DNA of 64,000 nucleotides, from assembly GCF_009914755.1 (NCBI RefSeq), contig NC_060940.1. One strand, 5' to 3'. This DNA is from the human T2T-CHM13v2.0 reference genome, Homo sapiens. Positions 30,458-43,434 of the stretch are shown piece after piece. The position numbers and the translations under genes are program-made. Within the stretch, counting starts at the first letter, position 1, and every line of letters begins with the position of its first letter. Under the pieces are notes generated by a model. It was given only the letters and a program-made list of their open reading frames with translations, ran no database searches and was not told the origin of the DNA.

Positions 30458-30563
30458 TCAAAGTTGAGAGTGGAGGATTTCAGCAGAGGGTGGAGTGTGT
30501 GGAGTGCTGGGCAAGGAAGAGTATGGTGTGCCTGTAGGCTGAAAAGAGAGTAAGGTGGCTGGA

Positions 30564-30917
30564 TGCATTAGTAATTTATTGTTGTGTAATAAATTACCAT
30601 TACCCCCAAAGTGAGTAACTTAAAACAACATCACTTACCGTTTCACTGTTTCTGTGGGTCAGGAATCCAGACACAGCTTAGCTGGGTCCTCTGCTCCGGG
30701 TCTCCCACAGGCTGCAGTTGAAGTGTATTGCTAGGGCTGCAGATATCCGAAGACCTGGCCAAGGAAGGATCTGCTTTCAAGCCCTTTCCCTGTGCTGCAT
30801 TCTATTCTTTAGAGGGAAGTCTCTAGCTCCAGCTCACACTCAGGAGGAGACCACTCAAAGGAATGTGTGCCAGGAGGAAGGGGTCAATGGGGACCATCTT
30901 AGAAGCTGCCTGCCACA
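30564..30917 (-). mobile_element. MLT1F-like LTR (internally deleted) within an L2
   Basis: TTCTGTGGGTCAGGAATCCAG..CAGCTTAGCTGGGTCCTCTG and CATCTTAGAAGCTGCCTGCCACA end. Confidence 0.75.
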
Positions 30918-32840
30918 CTGTGGTTTAAAGGGTGATGAGGAGAGAAAGGCAGGGACCGTCCTGCAGAGGCTGAAGGCCGCAGCCAGTCACTCAGAGGTTA
31001 TCCTGAATGCTAAGGGAAGTTATTGAAGGGTTTCAAGCAGGGGAGTCACATGATGAGCTATGCATTTTGAAAAGATCATCTTGATGACTGCGAGGAGAAT
31101 GGATTGAAGAGGCACAGTGAGGGAGCAAGGGGAACAGAGGAGGTTGTTGAAATCATCTGGGGAAGAAATAATGATGGCATGGACCAGGGTGGTGGCATGA
31201 AGTGTCATTTGGGGGAGGAGGAGGGTGCCTTTTTATGGAGGCAGAACCCAAGGTGTGTGCTGTTCAGCTGCATATGAGGATTCTGGTGGCCCTCTTCTAC
31301 CTCCTCCAACATCCCCCTCCATCCCCTCCTTTTCTTTCTCTCTTCAGTAACAGCCCCTGCTCATGATCTCCCATGGGCTGTGTAGATCTGCTGTCCATGA
31401 GCCAGGCATTGACGCAAGAGAACAAAGGCATTGCTAATGCTGTAAATCCTGGATCCAATTTATTTGTTATTTCCACTCATTTGAAATGCACCTGTTGCCC
31501 CAAAGGCCTTTGAATGCCATCAGCAGCAACTACAGAATCAAAGAGAAATTAGAACCTTTTGGAAAAGCCCTCAGTCATTCAGAAGGGAAACAAAAACAGG
31601 GGGGAAGAAAAGGGCTTTGGTTTTTTTTTCCCCTTAGGTGACTTACTGGCATAGACGGTTGGGCTTCTGAAAGACCCTTAGGAGCAAGGATCTGAGGCTG
31701 TTTTCTTTTTCCTTCCTCTTGCTTCCAGTCTCTTCGTTTGCTCAATACATTCAAATAGCCATGACATTTCCTTGTAGGGTTTTTAAAACACCACACTGCC
31801 ACTTTTCTTCAGGCTAGGATTGTCTAGCATCCATCTTGTGGGCTGCAATGCTCATTTGCAAATCGTCCTGGATACATTGGCAGCTCAGGGTCTGATATTA
31901 CCCAGCTAATCCAGTGTTTTGTTAGAGACCATTTGCCCCGCAGTTGGGCAGAATTAGGAAAACCCTCCCTATCTAGTTGGTTCAGCTTTCCTATGCATTT
32001 TATGATGTTGGAGGTGGAATCATTTTAGCCCAGCATAGGCAATCCAATTGTCTAACAGGCCTTCTGGAACCTAATGAGATCATTAAATTTCCAATCATTT
32101 TGCTTTTTGTTTTTTTTTTTTGTTCTTTCTGTAAACATGAATGTGACTCAGTGAAAGCTTAGTGCTTATCACAGACTCGCCACTGAGGGAAAGAGGATTG
32201 TATAGAGGCCGGGACTGTGGGGGCTGAGTAATATCTGGGTATGACCCTCGGGAGAAAGGGGTTCACGTCCCAGCCAGAGTGGTGACTTCTAGCTCCATTT
32301 GGGTGGGTGTCAGTAGCCAGCAGATGTGATCTGGGAGGTGAGAAAAGATGTATGGGAAGATAAAATGCAGCAGCTAGGATGATCTTTGAGGCCAGATCAA
32401 ATCATGTCAGTGTGTCCTCTCTGCATCACCACTGCCCTAGAATAACACTGCCATCTTTGCCACCATTGCAGTGTGCCTGCTGGACCTTGTGCCACCATAC
32501 CCTGTGGTTCTAACGATACTGACCGTCTTTTATAAATAGCTCAGGGTCTTCAGACTGTGTTCAGGCTGTTTCCTGGCTGTTGTCTCTGCCTACCATGCAT
32601 AGAATGATTGGCTTTTGCTGGACATTTGAGCCTCTCCTGTGATGCCCTCTCCTTGGCCAAATTAACTCAGACTGTCTCACCTGCCACCATTTCCTATCCC
32701 CCCCAACTCTGTTTTTTGCGTAGCCCTTGTTGTCATGTAAATTAACCTTGCTAATGCGTTAGTTGGCGAGTTTAATATCTGTTCTCCTTACCCACAGGGA
32801 TACGAACATCTTTAACAGTACGTGCCACAGAGTAGGCATT

Positions 32841-33200
32841 TGATGTGGTTTGGATCTGCGTTCCGACCACATCTCATATTAAAATGTAATTCCCACCAAT
32901 TCCAGTGTTGGAGGTGGGAACCTGGTGGGAACTGTTTGGATCATGGGGGTGGATCCCTCATGATTGGCTTAACACTGTGCCCTTAGTGATGAGTGAGTGA
33001 GTTTTCCAGAGATCTGGTTTTTCAAAAGTGTGTGGCACCTTCCCTGCCATTCTCTCTATCTTGCTCCTGCTCTGGCCATGGGACCTGCCTGTTCCCACTT
33101 GGCTTTCCACCTTGAGTAAAAGCTCCCCTGGGCCTACGCAGAAGCTAAGCAGATGTTTGTATATCCTGTAGAACTGTAAGCCAATTAAACCTCTTTTCTC

Positions 33201-33240
<40 letters not shown>

Positions 33241-33536
33241 TGAGATGGAGTTTCGCTCTTGTCCAGGCCAGAGTGCAGTGGCACAATCTCAGCTCGCTGC
33301 AACCTCCACCTACTGGTTTCAAGCAATTCTCCTGCTGTAGTCTCCTGAGTAGCTGGGGTTACAGGTGCCCACCACCACGCCTGGCTAATTTTTGTATTTT
33401 GGTAGAGACGGGGTTTCACCATGTTGGAGAGGCTGGGATTACAGGTGTGAGCCACTGCACCTAGCCTAAACCTCTTTTCTTTATAAATTACCCCGTGTCA
33501 AGTATTCCTTTTTAGCCATGCAAGATGGCCTAATAC
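32841..33536 (+). mobile_element. MSTA/MSTB LTR with a nested Alu
   Basis: TGATGTGGTTTGGATCTG start; CCAATTAAACCTCTTTTCT..GGCCTAATAC end. Confidence 0.88.
33201..33466 (-). mobile_element. AluS with (ATT)n tail and internal deletion
   Basis: Antisense Alu; TSD AAACCTCTTTTCT. Confidence 0.92.
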
Positions 33537-34943
33537 TGTCTTCACTATATAGTGGTGAAATAAACAAATTATTTATAAATGAATGCATAAGCTCTTTTAA
33601 GTGAATGACCCCATGCTTGGATCTTGGTCACCCCAAGTTTCTACTGCCTGAAATAGAGTTCGGCACATGGTAAGTATTCAAAAAATGTCTATCGAGAGGT
33701 TGAAAAATGGGGCAGATGTTAGCACTTTCATCCTAGAGGGAAGGTATGTCTGTCTGGTTGAAGGAAGACCCCAGTCAGCATCAGACCATGATTCAGGACC
33801 CTGTGTTGAGGAGGCAGGGCATAGCTGAGGGCTTAGGAGAGAACTGGGAACTGAAACAGAAGCAGAACTGGCTAAGTAGGAAGCCAGGTAACCTGGGTTA
33901 GGTATAATCTGGAAAGGTCTAACAGGTAGGCTGGAGCTCAACAGATATGGGGTAGCTCAGATCATGCCCCAGGGCCTCCTGAAACAGGAGTAAGGCTGTG
34001 GAAGTAGTTCTTTACCCCAGCTAGTTCCAAACCTTACTGGCTAATGGACTAGGGAAGGGTGAATCCACAGAAGGAAGGCTGAGGTAGGCAGGGAAGAATG
34101 GGGCATGCCCAGAAAGGGCTATTTTGCCACTTCCTAGCTGTGTGATCTTGGGATCGTTACTTGACATCTGTGTGCCTTAGTTTCCACAACATACAATGGA
34201 AATTGATAATAGTCCCAGCTCTTGGGGCTGTTTCAAGGGTTATTTTATGCATGAAATGCTTAGTTCACAGCCTGGCATGTAGAATATAACACATGTTAGC
34301 TGTCACTGTTAGGCTTCTGATTATACTGCAATTACACCTATTTGATGTCTCTCCCAAGAGCCTGTAAGTTCCCTGAAGGCAGGTGTGCAATTGTGGGTCA
34401 ATTAGCCTAATCCATAAAATGTCCAGAGGCCTTTTCATTGGGGGCATCATGGAATTAACAGAAATTTAAAAAGCTGAGTCTGAGTCTTAGAGCCAGAGTG
34501 AACAGGAACCAAAGATGTTCTGGAAGCTGACTTTCCTATACTCCAACTGCTTGGGACCACAGGAGCAAAGAGTGTACATCTAGAGTTATTTGAAGGTTTG
34601 CTGCAAATGATAAGGTTAAAGGGTCCTCAGAGACTTCTTGGGTATCCCCAGGCTGTAGAAATCCTGAAAAAGATATTCACCAATGGTGATTTCATCCCTT
34701 TTTGGGCCACAGGTGTTTTTGAGAATCAGGTGAAAGCCACCAACCCCCCAAAATGCATAGGCACAATTTTCCATTCAATTTCAGGGTGTCCACAGATTTC
34801 TATGGTACAGTACAGGACAATGCAAGGGTCTGGGTAAGAACCCCATACTAGAGCCTTATGCATAAAGTCTCACTGCAAAAGGAAAGTGACATCTCCTCCT
34901 AATTTTCTAGTCCAGGAATAATATCTGTATCAATATGAAATCT

Positions 34944-35250
34944 GGCCAGGCGTGGTGGCTCACGCCTGTAATCCCTGCACTTTGGGAGGCTGAGGCAGGT
35001 GGATCATGAGGTCAGGAGATCGAGACCATCCTGGCTAACACGGTGAAACCCCATCTCTACTAAAAATATAAAAAGAATTAGCCGGGCATGGTGGCAGGCA
35101 CCTGTAGTCCCAGCTACTCAGGAGGCTGAGGCAGGAGAATGGTGTGAACCCGGGAGGCGGAGCTTGCCGTGAGCCAAGACCGCACCACTGCACTCCAGCC
35201 TGGGCGACAGAGCGAGACTCTATCTCAAAAAAAAAAAAAAAAAAAAAGAA
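34944..35250 (+). mobile_element. AluY
   Basis: GAGATCGAGACCATCCTGGCTAACACGGTG and GGAGCTTGC diagnostics; flanked by GAAATCT. Confidence 0.93.
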
Positions 35251-35844
35251 AGAAATCTGTAGAAGGTCAAAAGGAAAGGAGGCAGTCCATTTTTGTACCT
35301 TTCAATTATAAAGGTAACTTAGCTGATACAGTGTGGCCAATTAAGACACTTTTAGAGGGTCTCCTTAATTGAAAGATAAGGATGATTTGTGATCCGTAAA
35401 TCAAGAATGGACGTGTGCATTGGTCCTTGAAATGTCTCATGTTGGCACATCTCTCTCTTTTGAGAGAAAGAAGGAGAGACACATTTATTTTGTTTCCCTT
35501 GTCTTTCAACTTAGTTAGCCCTTTCTTTAGCCCAGGCCCTGTCCAAATTATTATAATTTTGGAAAGATTGGAGTCTCTTATGCATCATGTACTATTTGGA
35601 AGCAATAAAGAATTCGTGCATATACTACTCTCCCTCTCCATACTAGGGTGGAAGAGGATGACACTTTTGTGGCACGTGTTTGAAGCTCCCTTTCCTAAAA
35701 CTTAATTGACCTGAGCCCCCTGCAAATGCACATAAAACAGATACAGATTTTTATCCTCAGTGTCCAGCCCCAGGCCTGGCACCAAACCACTGCTCACTTT
35801 TAGGTAGGCTTAGTTGCAGAGGTCGTCTGTGAATTCTGCTTATT

Positions 35845-36309
35845 TTAAGAAATTAAGACAATTTTTCAATGGCTTCAGTGGTACACGTGGTTTTTGGTTA
35901 CATGGATTCATTTTACAGTGGTGAAGTCTGAGCTTTTAGTGTACTTCTCATCTGAATAGTGTATATTGTACCCAGTAGGTAGTTTTTCATGCCCCCTTCT
36001 GAGTCTCCAATGTCCACCATACCACTCTGTATACCCCTGGGTACCTGTAGCTTAGATTTCAGTTATAAGTGAGAACATGAGGTATTTGATTTTCCATTCC
36101 TGAGTTACCTCACTTAGAATAATGGCCTCTAGTTCCATCCAAGTTGATGCAAAAGATAGTATTTTGTTCTTTTCATGGCTGAGTAGTATTCCATGGCACA
36201 CATATATACCACATTTTTCTTTATCCACTCATCTGTTGATGGGCACTTGGTTGGTTTCATATATTTGCAATTGTGAATGTGCTGTGATAAATATAGAAGT
36301 GCATGTGTC

Positions 36310-36355
<46 letters not shown>

Positions 36356-36419
36356 TGACTGATTTGTTTTCTGTTGGGTAGTTAACCAGTAGTGGGATTG
36401 CTGGATTGAATGGGATAGG

Positions 36420-36469
<50 letters not shown>

Positions 36470-36512
36470 CATAGATACATACATACATACATACATACAT
36501 ACATGCACAGAT

Positions 36513-36570
<58 letters not shown>

Positions 36571-36788
36571 TTTCTTTTCCATTGGGTAGCTATCCAGTGG
36601 TGGGATTGCTGGACTGAATGGTAGATCTACTTTCAGATCTCTGAGAAACCTGCATAGCGTTTTCCACAGAGGTGTTACCAGTTTACATTCCCACCAACAG
36701 TGCGTAAGTGTTCCCTTTGAGATATCACCTTACCCCACTCACCATGGCCGTTTTTTAAGTCAGTAAACAATAGATATTGGTGCAGATG
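35845..36788 (-). mobile_element. L1PB-type 3' fragment with 5' inversion (sense piece ~36718-36788)
   Basis: Antisense 3'UTR (TTCCATTCCTGAGTTACCTCACTTAGAATAATGG); flanks TGAATTCTGCTT (35830) / TGAATCCTGCTT (36787). Confidence 0.85.
36310..36570. repeat. Compound (GATA)n/(CATA)n/(GACA)n STR cluster
   Basis: Three GATA arrays seen directly. Confidence 0.97.
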
Positions 36789-37199
36789 AATCCTGCTTTT
36801 TGTGAAAGGAGGTGGGATGGCTCAACTTGACACATCTGTGTCATTATATAGGACCCCCCCCAGAAGTATAATGGGGCTGTAGAATTGCAGAAGGCAACTG
36901 GCCCAGCCTTAAGAGGCTGGTGAGGGCTTCCTAGAAGTGAGGACATCTGAAGTGAGCACAGAGCAATGAGCACGTGACAATACTCGGCTGGGCAGGCACT
37001 ACAGGCAGGGAAGCCATGCGTCCCACCACATGGGAGGAGGAAAGGGCAGGGCACGTAGACAACTAAGCACAGCATTGCAGAGCCTGAAGCCACTGCGATC
37101 TGCTTTGTAGAAAACGGTGCTACACATCTGGATTCATACTTGGGGAGGCTTGGGAAAGCTTAATGGAGAAAGGGGGTTTTGAGTATATCAGTCCTCCTA

Positions 37200-37400
37200 T
37201 TGTCAGACTTTGTAGGTATCAACATCCTGCCTGTTGGTTGAAAAGAGTCCAGATTCCCAGGACCCTCTTGGATCTACTGAATCAGCATCTTCAGGGGCAG
37301 GGCCCAGGAATCTGCATTCCTAACAGGCACTCCCCCAACCTCCCCACAGGGTTTCTGCAGGATTCTGAAGCAGGTGGCTCTGCCTGGACCCTTCTTCTTA
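37200..37400. mobile_element. MER5A/MER5B
   Basis: GATCTACTGAATCAGCATCT..GGGCCCAGGAATCTGCATT..TAACA. Confidence 0.75.
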
Positions 37401-38350
37401 AGGTTTTATGAGGAAAACAGTCTCATCTGCCACCCCCATAAAATGTGTTTCCTGTCTCATCCGTTTTAGTTCTTGATTAAACTCAATTTGGCATGTCGTT
37501 ATATCTGATTACTTATTCATCTTCTTCTTTAGTCTTTTTCTGGGGGACAATTGATTACGAGCTCTTGGAGGAACCATGCCCACAGGCCTCCCATCCCTCC
37601 CAGAGCACAGTCCCAGGAGAGAGACACCTGCCTGGCCTTGCTCCTTGCACCCGCCGCCCATGAGTCTTGGTGTCACAGGGAAGTTGGGGAAGAGGAAGAA
37701 GAGAGCTCAGGAGGCTGAGGCTGCTTGGAGGGAGGCTCTGGGCCTGGAGTTGAGAACTCAGATTAGTCCCTGCCAGAAGTTAGAGTGTGAGGCAATTTAG
37801 CAAATTGTAGCTTGCAGCAGATGTTTAATTAGTCGTGAGGCTGTGCAGTGACTGGAGGCTGAGCCGGGGAGGGCAGCTCCGTCTGCTGCTACCGCCGCCA
37901 GCACCAAGGGGGACATGGGCTCTGCAGCTGGGGGGTGAGGCTGGGCCCAGGGGAGCCCAACTAGCAGGAGAGAAACCTAAAGGCTTGAGACCCTGGGACA
38001 TGGGAAGTCCAGGTAGACAGGCAGGGCACGAGAAGTTTAGTGCAGAAAGGAAGCTCCAAGACCCTTTGCCTGGCAGTGGGGTAGTTCTGAGGCAGAGTTT
38101 TCCTCTGCAAACATCTGGGAGCATGATCCTCAACAGGTCCTAAATGGAGACACTCAGTCATACCTGTCACTTGCTCCCCCTGTTCTGCTCCCCATCTCAG
38201 TGAACAGAACCATGACCCACCTTCTTCTTTAGGAGCCATCCTCCATACTTCCTTATTCTCTGCCCTTCACGTCCACTTCATCCCCAAGTCCTGCCAGTTC
38301 TGCCTTCCAGGCACATCTCAAATCTCCATCTCCATTTCCCCACCCTGTCC

Positions 38351-38572
38351 CAGGATTTCTCAAACTTTGCACTGTGGACGTTTGGGGGCTGGGTTATTCT
38401 TTGTTGCGGGGGAGCTGTCCTGTGTGTTGTAGGATGTTCAGCAGCATCCCTGGCCTCTACCCACTAGATGCCATTAGCATCCCTCCTCACGCCCAGTTGT
38501 GACAACTACAAATGTCTCCTGACATTGCCAAAAGTTGCCTGAAGGGGAGAAGCACCCAGATGAGAATGCTTG
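38351..38572. mobile_element. MER20 (hAT-Charlie)
   Basis: GTAGGATGTTCAGCAGCATCCCTGGCCTCTACCCACTAGATGCC...GACATTGCCAAA. Confidence 0.9.
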
Positions 38573-39749
38573 TCCACATCAGCCCAGGCCACCTCTTTCT
38601 TGCTAAGGATCTTAGCTCCTTACTTGTCTTCTGACTTGTTTCCTGGTCTCCAACCTCACTTCTTCCAATGCATCCTCCACACTGAAGCTGGAGACATGTT
38701 CCTAAGGGAAACTGGGTCATGTGATAGTCTTCCCTAGAGCCCTTGCGTGGTCCCTGGTCACTTGCAGAAGTACCCGTATTCCCTGACATGATTTGGAGGT
38801 CCCTTCTTAGGGGACACTCATTCATAATTCTAGCCTCCTTTCCCAACCCTCAGTCTCTCCTGCTTCGCTCAAATCCCCCTGGAATCCTGCCACTTTCATG
38901 ATCCTCCTTTCCCACCTCCTCTCCTCCTCCCACGGAGGCTTTGCACACGCTCTCTATATTCCAGTCCCGCTAGACTTTTCTCAGTTTTTTTTTTTTAACT
39001 ACACACAAACTGCATCTTCTGCCTGAAACACCCTCACAGATATAGCCCCAAGGGTCCTAGAATAACAAATTAAGATGAGGGTTTGTCCAGCTGGTAGAAT
39101 CCTAAGAGATCTTATTGGACACATTGTTTAATTTTTGTCCCAGTCCAAGTCTGACTCAGACATGGGCTTTCTGAGAGATTGCATAAGCTTCAGAATTGCA
39201 ACGACTCTCAGCCACCCTCTGCCCTCCTCCACAGACATTCCCACTCCCAACCCCACTGGTTACCACACAGTCCCTTGTGTTGGGGCAGGAGGAGGTGGAA
39301 AAGCACCTCACAGGGAAAGTCTTGATGCCAGCCCCCTCTTTTTTTTTTTTTTCCTGAGAGGTTCCTGGTCCTCTTTTGCGGGTACAGGCAACAGAACTGG
39401 GTGAGGATTTTTAGTTCTATCCCCATTCCTGTTTTACCTTTAGAGCTCCATGTGGTTTATATTGCAGACCATCAGTAATTATTTATATAACGTTGGCTTT
39501 CCCAACCAGACTTCCCTGAAGTCAGGGTGCTTATCTCATTGATCACACTATCCTTAGTATTGACCATGCTTGGTGGCATAGAAGTCTGTTCTCAATAAAT
39601 CCTTGAGTTGGCTGGGGCAGAGGACCCCGTGGGAGGTAGGTTGGGCGCTTGGAGAAGACTGTGTCAGATGGCTGCTTCGGAAAGAGGCAACACAGGTACA
39701 GCATTCTGGATGTCTGTGGACTCCAGTTCTAGGGCTAGTTGTTACTTTT

Positions 39750-40388
39750 AATGTGACATTGCTGCATAATTTTTTTTGGCGGGGGGGCTTGAAAACATAA
39801 TTCTCTTTACTACATGGCAGAAGATGATGCAAGGTTAATTTTGTTAATTTCCATATTACATATTGAAAGAATACAACACCAGAATGCTGGAATCATCCAC
39901 TTTGTTCACCTTAAGTACTATGCTCACATTACCACACATTACGTAGGAGATGTAGCTGCGTGGTGTCTGATCTTGCCACGTGTGTTCCAGGTGACAACAG
40001 CTCCTGAGGTATGGGTGGCGGCCTGCCTCTTTCCACATGTACACCTGCACAGAGTTATCCTTGAATGCAGCGAGCATGTGGAGGGATGCCACCCAGTAGT
40101 TGCTGATGGCTGTCTGGTGGTCGTTAAATCATTGCAGCCAGTGACGGTGGAGAGGAACAAGAATGGCCCACTGGTAAATACAATCATATATCCTATTCTG
40201 GCTCCCATCCAGTTAGGATGCTGCAGATGAGCCGGGAACGGGAAACTTGCTATCTCATGTGCTTAGATGACTGTTTGGCTGCCCGTCCTCTTTGGTTGTT
40301 AGATCAAGGGTGATAAATTCTGTCTTTCTTCCAATGATACTTTGGGACATCCATGTTAGCCTGTTTTTTCATCTTTGGGGCCCAGCAG
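39750..40388 (-). pseudogene. FBXW12: 5'-truncated processed pseudogene of F-box/WD-repeat protein FBXW12 (C-terminal ~175 codons plus putative 3'UTR)
   Basis: Stitched minus-strand translation CWAPKM/KNRLTWMSQSIIGRKTEFITLDLTT/KRTGSQTVI*AHEIASFPFPAHLQHPNWMGARIGYMIVFTSGPFLFLSTVTG/LQ*FNDHQTAISNYWV...VQVYMWKEAGRHPYLRSCCHLEHTW...DSSILVLYSFNM* is colinear with the recalled FBXW12 C-terminus (..WMGASDGYMIVFTSGP..GRHPYLRSCCHLENTW..DSSILVMYSLNT); 3 frameshifts, 2 premature stops, no introns. Confidence 0.88.
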
Positions 40389-40655
40389 TCACTTTCTCTC
40401 TCTAGACCTCTGTTTTCTTATCTGCAAAGTGGGAATTTGGATGGATGAATATCTTCATTGCTTTCAGTTCTAATATTGGTGACAGCTCAGTCACAAAGCA
40501 AGCGCAAAAAAATCTATCTCTGCAAACAGTAGTTGTTACAGTTAACGTGAACTAAGCACTTTTTGCAGACTACCTCAGTGAGCTCTCACACCATTTTACA
40601 AATCAGGAAAGAGAAACCCAGAGGGTAGTTTCCTTGCTCAAGATGACTTTGAGAG

Positions 40656-40869
40656 GTGTGCTTCTCAGCTGGAGGAAAAGTTTGCACCCCAGAGGACATT
40701 TGGCAATATCTGAAAGTATTTTTGGTTTCACAGCTCGCTGGGGAGTGCTCCTGGCATATAGAGTAGAGGCCAGGGATATTGATAAACCACCTGCAAAGCA
40801 CAGGAGAACACCTACAGCAAAGAATTATCTGGTCCCAAATTTCAACAGTACTAAGGCTGAAAAACACGG
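40656..40869. mobile_element. MER20 (opposite orientation to the 38351 copy)
   Basis: GGACATTTGGCAATATCTG...GTAGAGGCCAGGGAT...AAGAATTATCTGG. Confidence 0.88.
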
Positions 40870-41292
40870 ACTTATAACTAGAAGTAGATACAAATTATCG
40901 TACTCCAGAATTTATCCTTTGCACCAGCACATTTTGGCTGGCTCAGACTCCAGCTATATTTCCCCATCCTCTGTTCAATACTTATGAGGGAAGAAAGTCT
41001 TACAAAAAATCACAGCAAATCAGAACCAGAAATCTCATATTTCTGTTAGTCTCTAACTGGGAGGGAACTGATAGTTTCATTTGGGACCCACTTTTTGCCA
41101 AAAGCCCTTTTCTTGGTTTATGGCCCTAATTCCTTTAGCCCTCTCCACAGCCACTAAGTGTCCTATTGGCATTATCTGGTCCTGATTCACCAGATGCAGA
41201 TTTCCCATAAGCCCTTCCAGTACAACTCAGGAAACATTTATTAAGCGCTACATTAACCTGAAGTGCTCTGAACTGCAAACAACATACCTGGC

Positions 41293-41722
41293 CATCAGAG
41301 GCTTCTTAATCAAGCAGTAAGTACCTTACTCAAAAAGAATACTGGAGTCAGGTGGTTCCGGGACTAGTTCAACAGCATCAGGAATTCAAGCTTTACTTAA
41401 CAGTTTTGCTTCACCATCCTCATCCACATATTTGTAGTCTTAGGGTTACAAGATGGCTGCCATGCTCCAGGCATCACAACCTCCCACTGTGTTTCAAGGC
41501 AGGAGGTGGATGAATGCGATTTTCTTTTCTTGAGGCTATTTTTAAATGAAGGATTGCTTTCTGAGAAGATGCCCTCACCAGTAGTCATGCTTCTGCAGCT
41601 CATTGACTAGAATCAGTCTCGTTGGTAACCCCTATGAGCAATCAAGACAGAGAAACTAAGGTAGACAAAGAAGAAGGTGAGTTGGAATGATTACTGGACA
41701 AACATCTAACAGTGTCTGCCAC
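41293..41722 (-). mobile_element. Old MLT1 (K/L-type) LTR
   Basis: CAAGATGGCTGCC..GCTCCAGGCATCAC and ACAGTGTCTGCCACA terminus. Confidence 0.65.
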
Positions 41723-43209
41723 AAGCATCTACTGTGTGCCAGAGGCTGTGCTAGACTCTGGAAGTAGTGACCAAGGCACTCATAATCCATTGTTGACAGT
41801 CCATTTAGTATCTAACTCATGAACACCCTCTTCCTCAATTTCTCTGCATCCAAAGTCAGCAGAAAGTCCTTATTTCCCCCATTGTGTTTTAGAAAAAGAC
41901 CTGTACACTGAGTCACAAACCCAGTGACAAATATAGGACCATTTTCCTTGGCATCTCAGTCTCAGCCTTATCTTGCTTCCCCTATGTCCTGACAGCGCTG
42001 TCCTTGGTTGAACCAGAGGCAGAACATCTGCATGGCAGTGAATCACACAGCTCTTCTGAAGAGGCTGGAAAAACAAAGCCACACCCAGAGAGGCCACCCC
42101 CTGTCCGCAGCGTCTGAGGGCGCATGAGATGAGGTGAGGCTGTGTGCCCCAGAGGATGCTGTGCTCTGCGGGGTAGAAAGTCATTTTGTGCTGATAGGCC
42201 TGGCGGTGACCTGGCTCTACACCTCTCCTGTGCCTTCAGAACACCAGGAACACAGCTCCCCCACTGCCATCATGATCTTTACATAAACACTGAGCTCTAG
42301 AAGAAGAGGCTTAAATGGGGGAAGGAGTTGCTGGGATGAGAGTATGGGCTTCACAGAATGAAAACATGTCAAAAGGGGAGGATTAGGGTTACTTAGAAGT
42401 GAGGCCGTGGGTCACCACTGCTTGGAGATGTGTGTAGGTGAAGCAGAAGGAGCCTTCTCACAGCACACTGGCTTTAGCATGGCCTGTGTGATCCACCTGG
42501 GGATGCAGTGAGTTCCCTATCATGGAAAACACACAGACAAAACCTAGGGGAACCACTCTCAGTGTTGCCGAGAGCCAGTGCCTGTCTGGGTGAGAGCTTG
42601 GACTGCCAGAAGCTTCCTGCCAACAAGGTCTTCTGCCTCTCTTCAACCAAAATGGCCTTTTTTCTTCTAAGCTCTTAGGCTATTGCAGGGGTAGTGAACC
42701 TCCCAATACTCCTACAACAGGGGAATCAGAATGTGGAGAAATTACCTTGTGCTGCAGATAACGTCTCAGGCAGGTTAGCAAGCTCTCCCTAGTGGAGCTG
42801 AGGGTCCTGGGAATAACCGTGGTGAATACTAATGTCGATTGAGTGATTTCCTGGCATTGCGTCAAACATTTTACATAGATTATTGCATGGAATCATCTCC
42901 AACACTATATAGAGTAGGTACTGTTATCACCACCAATCCAGTGTCATGGATGAAGAAACGGAAGCATGAGGAGGTGAATAAACTTGCTTAGATTCAGTAG
43001 CTGAGGAGCAGCAGAGCCAGGATTTGAACCCACACAGCTGGATTCAGGGAATGTTCTTATCACCATGCAGCTGCACTGCCACTCATGTAACCCCAAACTG
43101 CCGATCATCCATCTATCCATCAACCTTCTTCCTCTCTCCATAGTATCTTCTTCCCGAGAGCAAGGGAGGGCCCAAGAGAATAATTTCCTCACCTTGTCCC
43201 TCCCACAAA

Positions 43210-43434
43210 AAATTGCCAGATATAACAAGTAAAATACAGGGTGCCCAGTAACTTTTCAATATATGAATGGACACGTACAACCAAACATTCAGATACACAG
43301 CAACCATTCGTTTAGCATAAGTATATCTTTTCCAATATCTGGGATATACTTCTGTTAATCTCTATCTGTCTAGTCATTGTTGATCTGAAACTCAGGTGTA
43401 AGTCATGGGTGTCCTGTATTTAGCTGGCATCCTG
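43210..43434. mobile_element. MER53 palindromic MITE
   Basis: TTGCCAGAT..AAAATACAGGGTGCCCAG / GGGTGTCCTGTATTT..CTGGCA inverted arms. Confidence 0.8.

Noticed and set aside
39814-40230. 138-aa plus-strand ORF
   Set aside because: Antisense shadow of the FBXW12 pseudogene with no independent support
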